Position numbers and translations under genes: made by a program. A DNA stretch of 64,000 nt, from NCBI GenBank assembly GCA_038206635.1, contig JBBRAQ010000002.1, forward strand, positions 164,442 through 228,441. The letters run 5' to 3'. Numbering within the stretch: the first letter of the stretch is position 1; every line of letters starts with the position of its first letter. This document shows, piece by piece, positions 51,319 through 60,770 of the stretch. The stretch comes from Candidatus Nanopelagicales bacterium (GTDB taxonomy: Bacteria; Actinomycetota; Actinomycetes; S36-B12; CAIYMF01). The notes under the pieces were generated by a model. The model saw only the letters and a list, made by a program, of their open reading frames with translations, did not search any database and had not been told where the DNA came from.

Positions 51319-53933
51319 GCACCGGTAGGAGTGCGCGATCCGGATCGAGTGATTCCCCGGCATCACTCGCGCCACAAGGACTTCCAGGACTCGATCCCGG
51401 ATGGTCCCGGGTCATCGAGGTCGTCGACGCCGATGGCGTGAACCGCGGGTTCCATGTCTTGGACAGCCACGCGGCCACCGACGCCGGGACGACGGTCACA
51501 GGCACGTTGCTGTGCGTGCACGGCAACCCCACCTGGTCCTATCTGTGGCGCGCGCTGGTCGCGTCGCCGCCGCGGGGCTGGCGGGTGGTGGCCGTCGACC
51601 AGCTCGGGATGGGCTGGTCGGAGCGCATCGGCGAGGTGCGGCGCCTCGCCCAGCGCATCGACGACCTGAGCCGGCTGGTCGACGCCCTCGGGGTCGACGG
51701 ACCCGTGGTCACCGTGGCGCACGACTGGGGCGGTCCAGTCTCGCTGGGCTGGGCGCTGGCACATCGCGACCAGCTCGTCGGCGTCGTGCTGGCGAACACC
51801 GCCGTCCATCAGCCGCTGGGATCACCGGCGCCCGCCCTGATTCGAATCGCCCGCACGCCTGCGCTGCTGCGTGCGGTCTGCGAGCGATCCTCGACCTTCG
51901 TGCGCGCTACGACCGCCGTGTCACGACCCCGCCCGCCGGCCGCGGTGCGCGACGCCTTCGCCGCCCCCTACGCCACCGCTGACCGTCGACGCGCCGTCGC
52001 CGACTTCGTCGCCGACATCCCGCTCGAAGACGACCACCCGTCCATGCCCACTCTGGCTGGGATCGCCTCCGGTGTCAGCGATCTCGACGTCCCTGTGCTG
52101 CTCGCCTGGGGGCCGGCGGACCCTGTCTTCTCAGACCTCTACCTCAGAGACTTCCTCGAGCGCATCCCGCACGCCGACGTCCACCGCTACGAGGGCGCGT
52201 CCCATCTGGTCACCGAGGACGCTCCCACGTTCTTCACTGACGTCTGCGCCTGGGTCGAGCAGCTGTCAACACGCGTCGACGTCACCCCCGTATCGACGAA
52301 CGCACCCGACCCGGACCGTCGGTGGATGGGAGCCGCCCTCGCCGAGCGTGCCGCCGATCCGGCCACGGCGAACGAGGTCGCCGTCGCCGAGCTCGGACCG
52401 TCCGGCCGGCGGATCACCTGGCGCCGCCTCGCGGCGGTCGTCGACGACCTCGCTGTCGGGCTGCTCGACGCCGGAGTGCTCCCCGGTGACCGCGTCGCCC
52501 TCCTCGTGCCACCCGGTGCGGATCTCACCGCCGCCGTCTACGCCTGCTGGCGGATCGGCGCGGTCATCGTGGTCGCCGACTCCGGGCTCGGGCCGCGCGG
52601 CCTCGCGCGGGCCCTGCGCGGCGCCTGGCCACGCCACCTCATCGCCGTCGACCGCGGCCTCGTGGCGGCGCGGGCTCTGCGGATCGGCGGGCGGCGCTTC
52701 GCCGCCGGGCCGATGTCGCCCATCCTGGCCCGACTACGTGGAGCCGAGTGCACACTCGCGGCACTCGCGGGTCGTGGCCGGGGCCTGGACCGGTCACTCC
52801 CAGCCCCGCCTGGACCGGACGACGAGGCTGCTGTCGTGTTCACCTCGGGCGCCACCGGCCCCGCGAAGGGTGTCGTCTACCGCCACCGCCAGGTGGAGGC
52901 TAACCGCGACGCCCTGGTCGCCCTGTACTCGCTCACGACCGCCGACCGGCTGGTCGCCGCTTTCGCGCCGTTCGCCCTCTACGGCCCCGCGATGGGGATG
53001 GCGTCGGCCGTGCCCGACATCGACGTCACCAAGCCCGGGGAGCTCGACGCGATCCGGCTCGCCGATGCCGTGCGTGCGGTGCGGGCCACGCTTGTCTGGG
53101 CGTCACCCGCGTCCCTGCAGAACGTTGTCGAGACAGCGGGCGCCCTCGACGCCACGCAGCGCGGCGACCTCTCCACCGTGCGTCTGCTCATGAGCGCCGG
53201 CGCACCCGTCCCGGCGCAGCTGCTACGCGACATGCTCGCGCTGATGACGTCGGCCGAGGCACACACGCCGTACGGAATGACCGAGGTACTGCCCGTCGCC
53301 GACATCGACCTGGCCGGACTCGACGCAGCAGGCGCAGGCGCAGGCACAGGAATCTGCGTCGGCCGCCCCGTGCCCGGCGCCGTGGTGAGCATCAGCCGGC
53401 TCGACGGCTCCGGCGCAGCCACCGGCGCGCCGACCGACGAACCCGGCGTGACAGGCGAGATCCTCGTGAGCGCGCCCTGGGCGAAGGACGGCTACGACCG
53501 GTTGTGGGCCACGGAGTCGCGCGCCTCACGGGACCGTGGCCGGCACCGCACCGGCGATGTCGGTCACCTCGATGACGAGGGCCGGCTGTGGGTGCAGGGC
53601 CGGCTGGCCCACGTGGTGACGACCCCGGCGGGCCCGGTGACCCCGGTAGGTGTCGAGCAGCGCGTCCTCGCCCTGCCGGGTGTCCGGGCTGCGGCGTGCG
53701 TCGGTGTCGGCCCGGCGGGGGCCCAGGTCGTGGCGATCATCGTCGTGCCGGACCCGACGCCGTCCCGTGGCGGCCTCCTCGCCGGACCGGCGTTGGCGTC
53801 GCAGGTCCGCGACGTGACTGGCGTGCCGGTGGCAGCGGTGCTCGTCCGCAAGGAGCTGCCGGTAGACGTGCGGCACAACTCCAAGATCGACCGTGCCGAG
53901 CTCGCGCGCTGGGCCACCGAGCGGCTGTCCTGA
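51315..53933 (+). CDS. oleBC: OleBC fusion: beta-lactone decarboxylase + beta-lactone synthetase
   Basis: Dehalogenase-like alpha/beta hydrolase (HGNPTW, HDWGG) fused to an AMP-ligase (FTSGATGPAKG, PYGMTE, HRTGD, RHNSKIDR). Confidence 0.88.
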   Translation: MSTGRSARSGSSDSPASLAPQGLPGLDPGWSRVIEVVDADGVNRGFHVLDSHAATDAGTTVTGTLLCVHGNPTWSYLWRALVASPPRGWRVVAVDQLGMGWSERIGEVRRLAQRIDDLSRLVDALGVDGPVVTVAHDWGGPVSLGWALAHRDQLVGVVLANTAVHQPLGSPAPALIRIARTPALLRAVCERSSTFVRATTAVSRPRPPAAVRDAFAAPYATADRRRAVADFVADIPLEDDHPSMPTLAGIASGVSDLDVPVLLAWGPADPVFSDLYLRDFLERIPHADVHRYEGASHLVTEDAPTFFTDVCAWVEQLSTRVDVTPVSTNAPDPDRRWMGAALAERAADPATANEVAVAELGPSGRRITWRRLAAVVDDLAVGLLDAGVLPGDRVALLVPPGADLTAAVYACWRIGAVIVVADSGLGPRGLARALRGAWPRHLIAVDRGLVAARALRIGGRRFAAGPMSPILARLRGAECTLAALAGRGRGLDRSLPAPPGPDDEAAVVFTSGATGPAKGVVYRHRQVEANRDALVALYSLTTADRLVAAFAPFALYGPAMGMASAVPDIDVTKPGELDAIRLADAVRAVRATLVWASPASLQNVVETAGALDATQRGDLSTVRLLMSAGAPVPAQLLRDMLALMTSAEAHTPYGMTEVLPVADIDLAGLDAAGAGAGTGICVGRPVPGAVVSISRLDGSGAATGAPTDEPGVTGEILVSAPWAKDGYDRLWATESRASRDRGRHRTGDVGHLDDEGRLWVQGRLAHVVTTPAGPVTPVGVEQRVLALPGVRAAACVGVGPAGAQVVAIIVVPDPTPSRGGLLAGPALASQVRDVTGVPVAAVLVRKELPVDVRHNSKIDRAELARWATERLS

Positions 53934-53935
53934 CG

Positions 53936-54901
53936 ATGCGCGTCCTGGTCACGGGGGCCTCGGGCCTGCTCGGAGGCGCTGTGGCCCGTTCCCTCGCGCA
54001 GCGGGGCGACGACGTCGTCCTCATGCAGCGCCGACCCAGCGGCCTGGACCTGCCCGAGCGGCTCGGTGACCTGCGCGACCCGGCCGCGGTCCGGTCGGCC
54101 GTGCGCGGCATGGACGGCGTGATCCACCTCGCAGCGAAGGTCAACGTCGTAGGAGCCTGGGCGGACTACGTCGCGGCCAACGTCGACGGCACGCGCACCC
54201 TGCTCGACGCGGCGCGCGCCGCCGGGGTCGGGCGCTTCGTCCAGGTGTCCTCGCCATCGGTCGCCCACACCGGCCGATCGCTGGTGGCCGCCTCTGCGGG
54301 ACCGGCAGACCCGGCCTCCGCACGCGGTCCGTACAGCCGGAGCAAGGCGATGGCCGAACAGCTCGCCCTCTCCGCCCACGGCCCGGGGTTCGCGGTCATC
54401 GCGGTCCGCCCGCACCTGGTGTGGGGCCCGGGCGACACCCAGCTCGTCGCGCGCATCGTCGAGCGCGGCCGGTCCCGGCGGCTCGCCGTCGTCGGCCGCG
54501 GCACGGCACTCATCGACACGACGTACGTCGACAACGCCGCCGACGCCCTCGTGGCGGCGCTCGACGCAGCCGATACAGCGGGTGGTGCGCCCTACGTCGT
54601 GTCCAACGGGGAGCCGCGCCCCGTGGCGGAGATCCTCGCCGCGATCTGCGCCGCGGCCGGTGTCCCCGGACCTCGCTTCGCCGTGCCGTTCCCGGTGGCC
54701 TGGGCCGCGGGCGCCGCGGTCGACCGGGTGTGGGCGCGGCGCGGTCGCGAGACAGACCCACCGATAACCCGGTTCCTGGCCGAGCAGCTCGCGACGGCGC
54801 ACTGGTTCGACCAGAGGCACACCCGGCAAGCACTGCGCTGGACACCCCGCGTCACCCTTGACCAAGGCTTCGCGCGCCTTGCCGCCGCCTATCAGTCATG
54901 A
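53936..54901 (+). CDS. oleD: OleD NAD(P)-dependent reductase
   Basis: VLVTGASGLLG, SSPSV, YSRSKA, RPHLVWGPGD; follows oleBC. Confidence 0.85.
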   Translation: MRVLVTGASGLLGGAVARSLAQRGDDVVLMQRRPSGLDLPERLGDLRDPAAVRSAVRGMDGVIHLAAKVNVVGAWADYVAANVDGTRTLLDAARAAGVGRFVQVSSPSVAHTGRSLVAASAGPADPASARGPYSRSKAMAEQLALSAHGPGFAVIAVRPHLVWGPGDTQLVARIVERGRSRRLAVVGRGTALIDTTYVDNAADALVAALDAADTAGGAPYVVSNGEPRPVAEILAAICAAAGVPGPRFAVPFPVAWAAGAAVDRVWARRGRETDPPITRFLAEQLATAHWFDQRHTRQALRWTPRVTLDQGFARLAAAYQS

Positions 54902-54932
54902 GTTGCACCGATGGCCTTCGATGACGGGGCCG

Positions 54933-56942
54933 TCAGATCAGCTCCCGCACGAGCCTGCCGGTGGAGGTCTGTGGATCGGTCCCGAACCGGTCGAAGAGTG
55001 CGGGAAGCTCGTCGGCGGGCAGTGGGCGGGAGTACAGGTAACCCTGGGCCAAGTCGCAGCCGATGGCCCTGAGCCGTTCGGCGGTCGAGGCCATCTCGAC
55101 GCCCTCGGCGACGGCGATCATCTGGAACTCATGGGCGAGGTCGGTGATCACCCGGACGAGGACCTCGTTGCCGTTGTCCATGTCGACGATGAACGACTGG
55201 TCGATCTTGAGAGTGTCGATGGGCAGGTCGCGCAGTTGACTGATCGAGGTGTTGCCGATGCCGAAGTCGTCGAGGGCGATCGTGGACCCCATGGCCGCGA
55301 TCCTGCGCAGGGTCAGGGCGGCCCGTTCCGGGTCCTGGACGATCGCGGACTCGGTGATTTCGAACTCCAGCAGATAGGCCGGAACGTCGTAGCGCTCGAG
55401 CAGCGCAGCGATCTTCGTGTCGAGGTCGGGCTCGGAGAGGTTGAGCGCGGAGAGGTTGAGCGCGACCACGACCTCCCAGCCGTCGACGCGCCACTGCTGG
55501 ATCTGCGAGAGGACCAGCTCGAAGACCTTGTGGGTGAGGTGGTGCACGAGACCCGTCCGCTCGGCCAGGGGGACGAAGTCGCTGGGCGGGACGTTTCCGC
55601 GGGTGGGGTGGCGCCAGCGGAGCAGCGCCTCGAGCCCAACGATCTCGCCGGAGTTGAGATCGATCTTCGGCTGGTAGTGCATGCTCAGCTGGTCGTCCGC
55701 GCCGAGGGCCTGACGCAGGTCGCCGAGCATGACGAGCTTGGCCGTCGAGCTCGAGTCGCCCTCCGAGTCATAGACGCTGAGGCCGATGCGTCCAGCCTTC
55801 GCCACATACATGGCGACGTCGGCGTGCTTCATGAGGGTCTGGATGTCGTCTGCGTGGTCGGGGAGGACGGCGAGACCCACTGATGCCTCCACGTGCAGCA
55901 CGAGACCGTCGACGTGGTAAGGCTCAGCGAACTGCTCAAGGATTCGCTGCCCGAACATCACTCCGTCATCGACGCTGCGCACCGTCGTCAGGAGCACAGC
56001 GAACTCGTCGCCGCCGAGGCGCGCGACTGTGTCGGTCGAGCGAACGATCCCGTTGAGTCTGCAGGCGACCTGCTGCAGCAGCTGGTCGCCGCGGTCGTGG
56101 CCGAGGGAGTCGTTGATCTCCTTGAAGCGATCGAGGTCGAGGATCAGGAGACCGACGAGTGCTCGGTTGACGCGGGCCTGCTCGGTGGCCACCTCGAGAC
56201 GCTGGGAGAGCAGCCGCCGGTTTGGCAGACCGGTCAAGGGGTCCAGCAGCGCCAGCCTCGCGTTCTCCGAGGCGGATGCGCGCAGTACCCGGCTCGCCTT
56301 GCGCACGGTCCGGAACAGCAGCAGCCAGACCGCGAGGAGCCCGAGGGCGACAAGGATGCTGACGCGACGCACTGCTTCCGTGGTGGCCTTCGAGGTCGGT
56401 GCGAAGTCCAGCACGACCTCCGCGACGGCGACTGGCCTAGCCTGCGCGCCGCGGACATGGATCGGGACGTACACGTCCAGCACGGTCTCGACCGTGGAGA
56501 CGACCGAAGCCGGGGACGTGGGCCCGACGGCCGCGGCCGGATCGACCTGGGTCACCAGCTCCGAGGTGGCCTCGTTGTGCCCGAGGGCCCGGTCGAGCCG
56601 CACCGTGTCGGGAAACGCCGAAGCAGTACCGTTGGTGTCGAAGAGCGGGCGTCCGGACCGGCCGAAGATCCGGACCTCGACGAGGTTGTGATCGGACATG
56701 AGGTTGCCTGCGAAGCCGGACACCGTCCTGGCCGAGAATTGCTCGGTCGTCCACTCCGTGACCGAGACCCGGTCACTGATGCCCGCGTTCACGTAGGCGG
56801 CCGCCGTCCGCTGCGCGTCGTCGAGCGCCTGCTGGCGCATGAGCTGCCCGACTGACGTCACCAGCGACACACCGAGCGCGCTCATCGCGACGAGGCTCAC
56901 CAGGGCGAACGTCGTCGTCAATGTCCTCCGTCGGCGTCTCAT
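54933..56942 (-). CDS. Membrane GGDEF-EAL protein with extracytoplasmic sensor region
   Basis: Two transmembrane helices flanking a soluble loop; DPLTGLPNR, RSTD I-site, GGDEF, LEALLRW, DDFGIG. Confidence 0.92.
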   Translation of the reverse strand: MRRRRRTLTTTFALVSLVAMSALGVSLVTSVGQLMRQQALDDAQRTAAAYVNAGISDRVSVTEWTTEQFSARTVSGFAGNLMSDHNLVEVRIFGRSGRPLFDTNGTASAFPDTVRLDRALGHNEATSELVTQVDPAAAVGPTSPASVVSTVETVLDVYVPIHVRGAQARPVAVAEVVLDFAPTSKATTEAVRRVSILVALGLLAVWLLLFRTVRKASRVLRASASENARLALLDPLTGLPNRRLLSQRLEVATEQARVNRALVGLLILDLDRFKEINDSLGHDRGDQLLQQVACRLNGIVRSTDTVARLGGDEFAVLLTTVRSVDDGVMFGQRILEQFAEPYHVDGLVLHVEASVGLAVLPDHADDIQTLMKHADVAMYVAKAGRIGLSVYDSEGDSSSTAKLVMLGDLRQALGADDQLSMHYQPKIDLNSGEIVGLEALLRWRHPTRGNVPPSDFVPLAERTGLVHHLTHKVFELVLSQIQQWRVDGWEVVVALNLSALNLSEPDLDTKIAALLERYDVPAYLLEFEITESAIVQDPERAALTLRRIAAMGSTIALDDFGIGNTSISQLRDLPIDTLKIDQSFIVDMDNGNEVLVRVITDLAHEFQMIAVAEGVEMASTAERLRAIGCDLAQGYLYSRPLPADELPALFDRFGTDPQTSTGRLVRELI

Positions 56943-57019
56943 CCGGTGTGCCCCCTCGTGCTGGTCCCTGTGACTCTCTGCTGCCTCATCGACCGGTTTG
57001 GCAGGTCGCTGAACCGGTG

Positions 57020-57907
57020 TCACCAGTGGTTGGCGACCCAGAGCGAGGAGACCTCGCTACCGGAGAGTGCGCGGCCCTCCCAGATCGCAACCTCGTCCTG
57101 GCGCACGTTGGCCTGGTTCCGTGCGGTGGGGATCAAGGTGGCGATGTTCTGCTCCCACCCGGCCCGCCAGTAGCCGACGTACACCGGCGCCAAGCCGATG
57201 CTCGGCGCGGACGCCACCCGTACGCCGTCCACGTAGAGCGCCGCGGACGTGCCCGACAGGGTGGCCACCACGAGGTGCGCCGTGCCGTTGGCCACGGTGG
57301 CCGGACTGGTGATGAGGAGGTGGCCGGTGGTGACGGCCAGGTGGAAGACCACCCGCCCACTCCGGTCGAGCAGCAGCGCCCGGTCCTGCTGGGTCGAGCC
57401 CCCGACCGACGAGCTCCCGAACCCCACGATCCGTCCACCGGTCAACGCCGTCGTACGGATCCAGGTGGCGATCGTCAGCGTGGTTGGTGCGACCGCGGCC
57501 GTGGAGGTGGTGACGAAGCCGACAGAGGTCGCCGCTCCAGGCTGGCGCATGGCGTAGGTCGTGTCGCACGAGACGAGACCGATGGTGGCGGTGCCGAACG
57601 TGAGGCCGGTGCCCACGACGCTGCCGGTGTTGGCGTGCCCGCTTGCATCAGCGACGGTCGCCGTGCCGGTGAGGTTGGCGAAGCGCCACCAGAGCGTCGG
57701 GGAGTACGCGGCTGTCATGAGCTGCGTTGCATAGGGTGCGCCGCCCGCACAGGCTGCGCGCGTGCTGGTGGTCACCGTCGCGACTCCGGCCGAGGTCAGC
57801 CGGGCCGACGTCGTGCCCAGGGTGGAGCTGAGCGCGACGAGCGCGACCAGTCCGGCTCCGACCGTCAGCCGAACCAGGCCGCCACGCTCACGCGAACGTG
57901 GGCTCAT
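57020..57907 (-). CDS. LamG / concanavalin-A-like domain protein with SipW-type signal
   Basis: Hydrophobic N-terminus then TTSARLTS; PTLWWRF, TIATWIRTT, HLVVATL, LYVDG, DEVAIW. Confidence 0.8.
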   Translation of the reverse strand: MSPRSRERGGLVRLTVGAGLVALVALSSTLGTTSARLTSAGVATVTTSTRAACAGGAPYATQLMTAAYSPTLWWRFANLTGTATVADASGHANTGSVVGTGLTFGTATIGLVSCDTTYAMRQPGAATSVGFVTTSTAAVAPTTLTIATWIRTTALTGGRIVGFGSSSVGGSTQQDRALLLDRSGRVVFHLAVTTGHLLITSPATVANGTAHLVVATLSGTSAALYVDGVRVASAPSIGLAPVYVGYWRAGWEQNIATLIPTARNQANVRQDEVAIWEGRALSGSEVSSLWVANHW

Positions 57908-58616
57908 CGGAATCCTCCGTGACCTCGTCCGCAGTCGACGCCGGCACCATCTGGGGGAACCGGCCGAGAAGCCGTCGCGCCACGTCGGCCGGAGTCACCG
58001 AGCTCCGCGAGAACAGCTCGGCGGCAGCCAGCACCAGGAGCGGCGGCGCGAACAGGACCAGGCGGCCGATGCCCGAGTGCGCCCAGGCCAGGGCGAACCC
58101 CCAGCTCGGGTACACCTGGTGGACGATGCCCCGCACCGACGTCGAGGGGGTGAGGTTGGGGTCCGCGACCCTGTTCGCGTCACCCCTGGTGCGCACGTAC
58201 GGGTCCTTGATGGGGCGACCGGCGCCGTCGACCATCGGATGTCCGGCGTTGTCCTCACGCGTCACCAGGGCCAAGGCCACGATGCGGTGGGTGACGAGCG
58301 TGCCCGACTTGGGCGGGTAGAACGTCACGATCTGGCCCAGCCGCAGCTGGGAGGCGTTCGTGACCTGCCGGATGACGACGGCGTCGCCGGCCTCGATCTC
58401 GGGCGACATGGACCCGCTCGTGACGACGAGCAGCTGGTCTCCCGTGAGCTGAAACCAGAGCGGCACCGCGTACGACGCAAGGATCAGGGCGACGAAGGCG
58501 CCCATGACGGTCAGGAACACCAGGCGGGCCCACCCACGACGCATCTCATGCAGGAGCGTGATCGGGCGCGTCTTCCACGACGGGAGCACAACCGGCTCGC
58601 TCGTCACGGCAGTCAT
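57888..58616 (-). CDS. sipW: SipW-type (ER-type S26) signal peptidase I
   Basis: VVTSGSMSP (Ser), VTHRIV (His), TRGDAN..DP; N- and C-terminal membrane anchors. Confidence 0.88.
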   Translation of the reverse strand: MTAVTSEPVVLPSWKTRPITLLHEMRRGWARLVFLTVMGAFVALILASYAVPLWFQLTGDQLLVVTSGSMSPEIEAGDAVVIRQVTNASQLRLGQIVTFYPPKSGTLVTHRIVALALVTREDNAGHPMVDGAGRPIKDPYVRTRGDANRVADPNLTPSTSVRGIVHQVYPSWGFALAWAHSGIGRLVLFAPPLLVLAAAELFSRSSVTPADVARRLLGRFPQMVPASTADEVTEDSDEPTFA

Positions 58617-58701
58617 GTCGTCACCTTCTCCGGGTACTGGTCGTCGTCGACGAGTCCTGCCCGTCCCCCCGCCGATGGCGGGGCGACGGGCAGGGCCGAC
58701 A

Positions 58702-59349
58702 TCAGTTGTTCTTGGTCTGCTCGGCGTCGAACGTGAGCTGAACCGTGGCCGACGCCGACGCGAACGTGGACGTCGTGGCGGTCGGCAGGTCGATGGCGAC
58801 GCAGAGCGCGTCCGCCGGCGCGGCGGCCGCGAGGACGCGATCACCTGGGTCGCTCCCTGTCACGTTGCTTCCGACCACCGGCGACGAGCTCGTCCCGATC
58901 GCGAGGTTCGAGACCAGGGCCGTGCCGCCGCCGACCGTACCGACCGCGCACTGAGCGTTGCTCACACCGGAGAAGACGGTGTAGCGAAGGACCGTCGAGA
59001 GGTTCTTGGTCTCGGCGCTCGTGAGCCCGGTGATCGCGTATCGAAGGTCCAACGAACCCGTGTTCGTGATGTTGACCGAACGGTAGACGGTGTCACCGGG
59101 GGCCATGTTGGCCGCCGGTGCCAGCGTGGCGGTCGCAAACCCGTTGGCCTGGATGGCCACGTTCCCGGAGGCCGTGCTGACCGATGCGTTCGCACTGTCC
59201 GCGAACAGCGCGCCCGTGGTGAGCTGACCGATCCCGACACACGCCAGACCCACGATCCCCACCGTCGCGAACAGACGACGGCGCCGTTCGCGATCCGCGG
59301 GAGCGGGTCGCCGAAAGGACTCCATCTCATCTAGGAGCTCGTCCATCAC
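58702..59349 (-). CDS. TasA/CalY-family SipW-processed protein
   Basis: RRRRLF-hydrophobic-GALFADS signal; NMAPGDTVYRSVNITNTGSLDL; C-terminal TVQLTFDAEQ. Confidence 0.8.
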   Translation of the reverse strand: MMDELLDEMESFRRPAPADRERRRRLFATVGIVGLACVGIGQLTTGALFADSANASVSTASGNVAIQANGFATATLAPAANMAPGDTVYRSVNITNTGSLDLRYAITGLTSAETKNLSTVLRYTVFSGVSNAQCAVGTVGGGTALVSNLAIGTSSSPVVGSNVTGSDPGDRVLAAAAPADALCVAIDLPTATTSTFASASATVQLTFDAEQTKNN

Positions 59350-59657
59350 ATACCTGCACCCTCCACGTGGCCTCCTCTGCTAGGACGCCCGACGGTAGGA
59401 GCATCGGCCGAGGCGAGCCGACCTTGAGATTCGGACGTCGTCTGGCCCGGGGCCACCTGATTGGGCGTCTGTCGACGCCGTCACCACGGACACTGACGGG
59501 GGATGCTCCCTCGGAACAACTCCACATCACGGTCCGGGGTCGAACCGCCTGCCGAGAGCGGGGCCAGCTCGGCTACGTCGAGGGACCAGCCAACAGCGAA
59601 CGCCTGACTCCTCCAGGGGACGAGGAAGAGGGATTGACTCCCGCCTCCTCCTGAAGC

Positions 59658-59705
59658 GTTTCCGCAGGTCAGAGTCCTAACAGGGGTGGAGGTGGCGGGA
59701 ATCGA
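59658..59705 (-). other. tmRNA/tRNA-3'-end-like fragment (possible att scar)
   Basis: Minus strand reads TCGATTCCCGCCACCTCCACC, like a T-arm plus acceptor 3' end, then CTCTGACCTGCGGAAAC; no 5' half is present. Confidence 0.45.
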
Positions 59706-59760
59706 GCTCGTCGGAACCACCTGGACCCGTCGGACCTCGGTGGTTGCGGGCACAACTCAT

Positions 59761-59819
59761 CGGGTTCCGTCGGGACCGACCGGGTCCTATCGGGTCCGGC
59801 TGTTGACGCTGTCAACAGC
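59761..59819. repeat. Four 10-bp-phased CGGG(T/A)(T/C)C units plus a 9-bp palindrome
   Basis: cgggttccgt, cgggaccgac, cgggtcctat, cgggtccggc, then GCTGTTGAC-GCT-GTCAACAGC. Confidence 0.5.
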
Positions 59820-59891
59820 GACATCGGCGGGCAAGGTCCCCACCGGCTCGAGCCACCTCCTGTCTCGATCTAGTGGTCCAGGTGCACCGCG

Positions 59892-60770
59892 TCAGCGATC
59901 CGAGTCGGCGATGTCGGGCCGTGTGATGCTTCGCGGCCTGAGAGCAAGCGCCCGAGTGTGGGTCGCGATCTCGTCGAGTGACGCCACCCACACGTCGGAG
60001 CAGTCGGTCACATGGGTCATGAGCTGGTCGAGCGCAGCAGCGCGCGACGGCCGGCCGGACAGGAACGGGTGGTTCGTGAGCACCCAGCAGCCACCGATCG
60101 CGCGCAATGCCTCGAACTCCGCCTGCCAGAGCTCGCGTGCCTTCGCCGGTGTCTCGATGAGTCCGCTGCCGGTGACGTCGGGGACGAAGCAGTACTGCTC
60201 CCAGTCGTCGAGCGCCCACTGGATGGGGATCTCCACGATCGAGCGCTGCCCGTCGACGTCGAGCTCGTAGGGCACGTCGGCGTCCATCAGGCTCGAGTCA
60301 TAGAGGAAGCCTCGGTCGGCGAGCAGGCCCGGGCTGCGCCATGACAGGTCCCACATAGGGGCGCGGTATCCCGTGGGCCTGACGCCGGCGACCTCCTCCA
60401 GCGCGTCGAGCCCGCGGTCGAGGTTGTCGGCCTCCTCGGCCGCGGTCACACCGGTGGGCTGCTCGTGGAGGTAGCCGTGGTGGGCGACCTCGTGCCCCGC
60501 GGCGACGATGTCGCGCACGACGCCGGGGTAACGGTGCGCGGTGTAGCCGGGGACGAAGAACGTCGACCGGATGCGGTGGCTCTCGAGGAGGCCAAGCAAG
60601 CGGGGGACGCCCACGAGTGGGCCGTACGCCTGGTGGCTCATGACGCTCATGCGATCAGCGTTCTCAGGTGCGCCCCAGAGCAGAGCCGACTCGGCATCCA
60701 CGTCGAAGGTGAAAGCCGCCGCGGACGAGTAGCCCTCAGGCCAGGTCACCGGGGCCGCGGGCTCGATCAC
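59892..60770 (-). CDS. Polysaccharide-deacetylase (CE4, PuuE-like) family protein
   Basis: [46 protein letters not shown]. Confidence 0.9.
   Translation of the reverse strand: MIEPAAPVTWPEGYSSAAAFTFDVDAESALLWGAPENADRMSVMSHQAYGPLVGVPRLLGLLESHRIRSTFFVPGYTAHRYPGVVRDIVAAGHEVAHHGYLHEQPTGVTAAEEADNLDRGLDALEEVAGVRPTGYRAPMWDLSWRSPGLLADRGFLYDSSLMDADVPYELDVDGQRSIVEIPIQWALDDWEQYCFVPDVTGSGLIETPAKARELWQAEFEALRAIGGCWVLTNHPFLSGRPSRAAALDQLMTHVTDCSDVWVASLDEIATHTRALALRPRSITRPDIADSDR

Noticed and set aside
59350-59650. Possible c-di-GMP riboswitch or tRNA upstream of the tasA-like gene
   Set aside because: No GEMM GAAA-tetraloop/receptor pattern and no cloverleaf; only an isolated GGTTCGACCCC.
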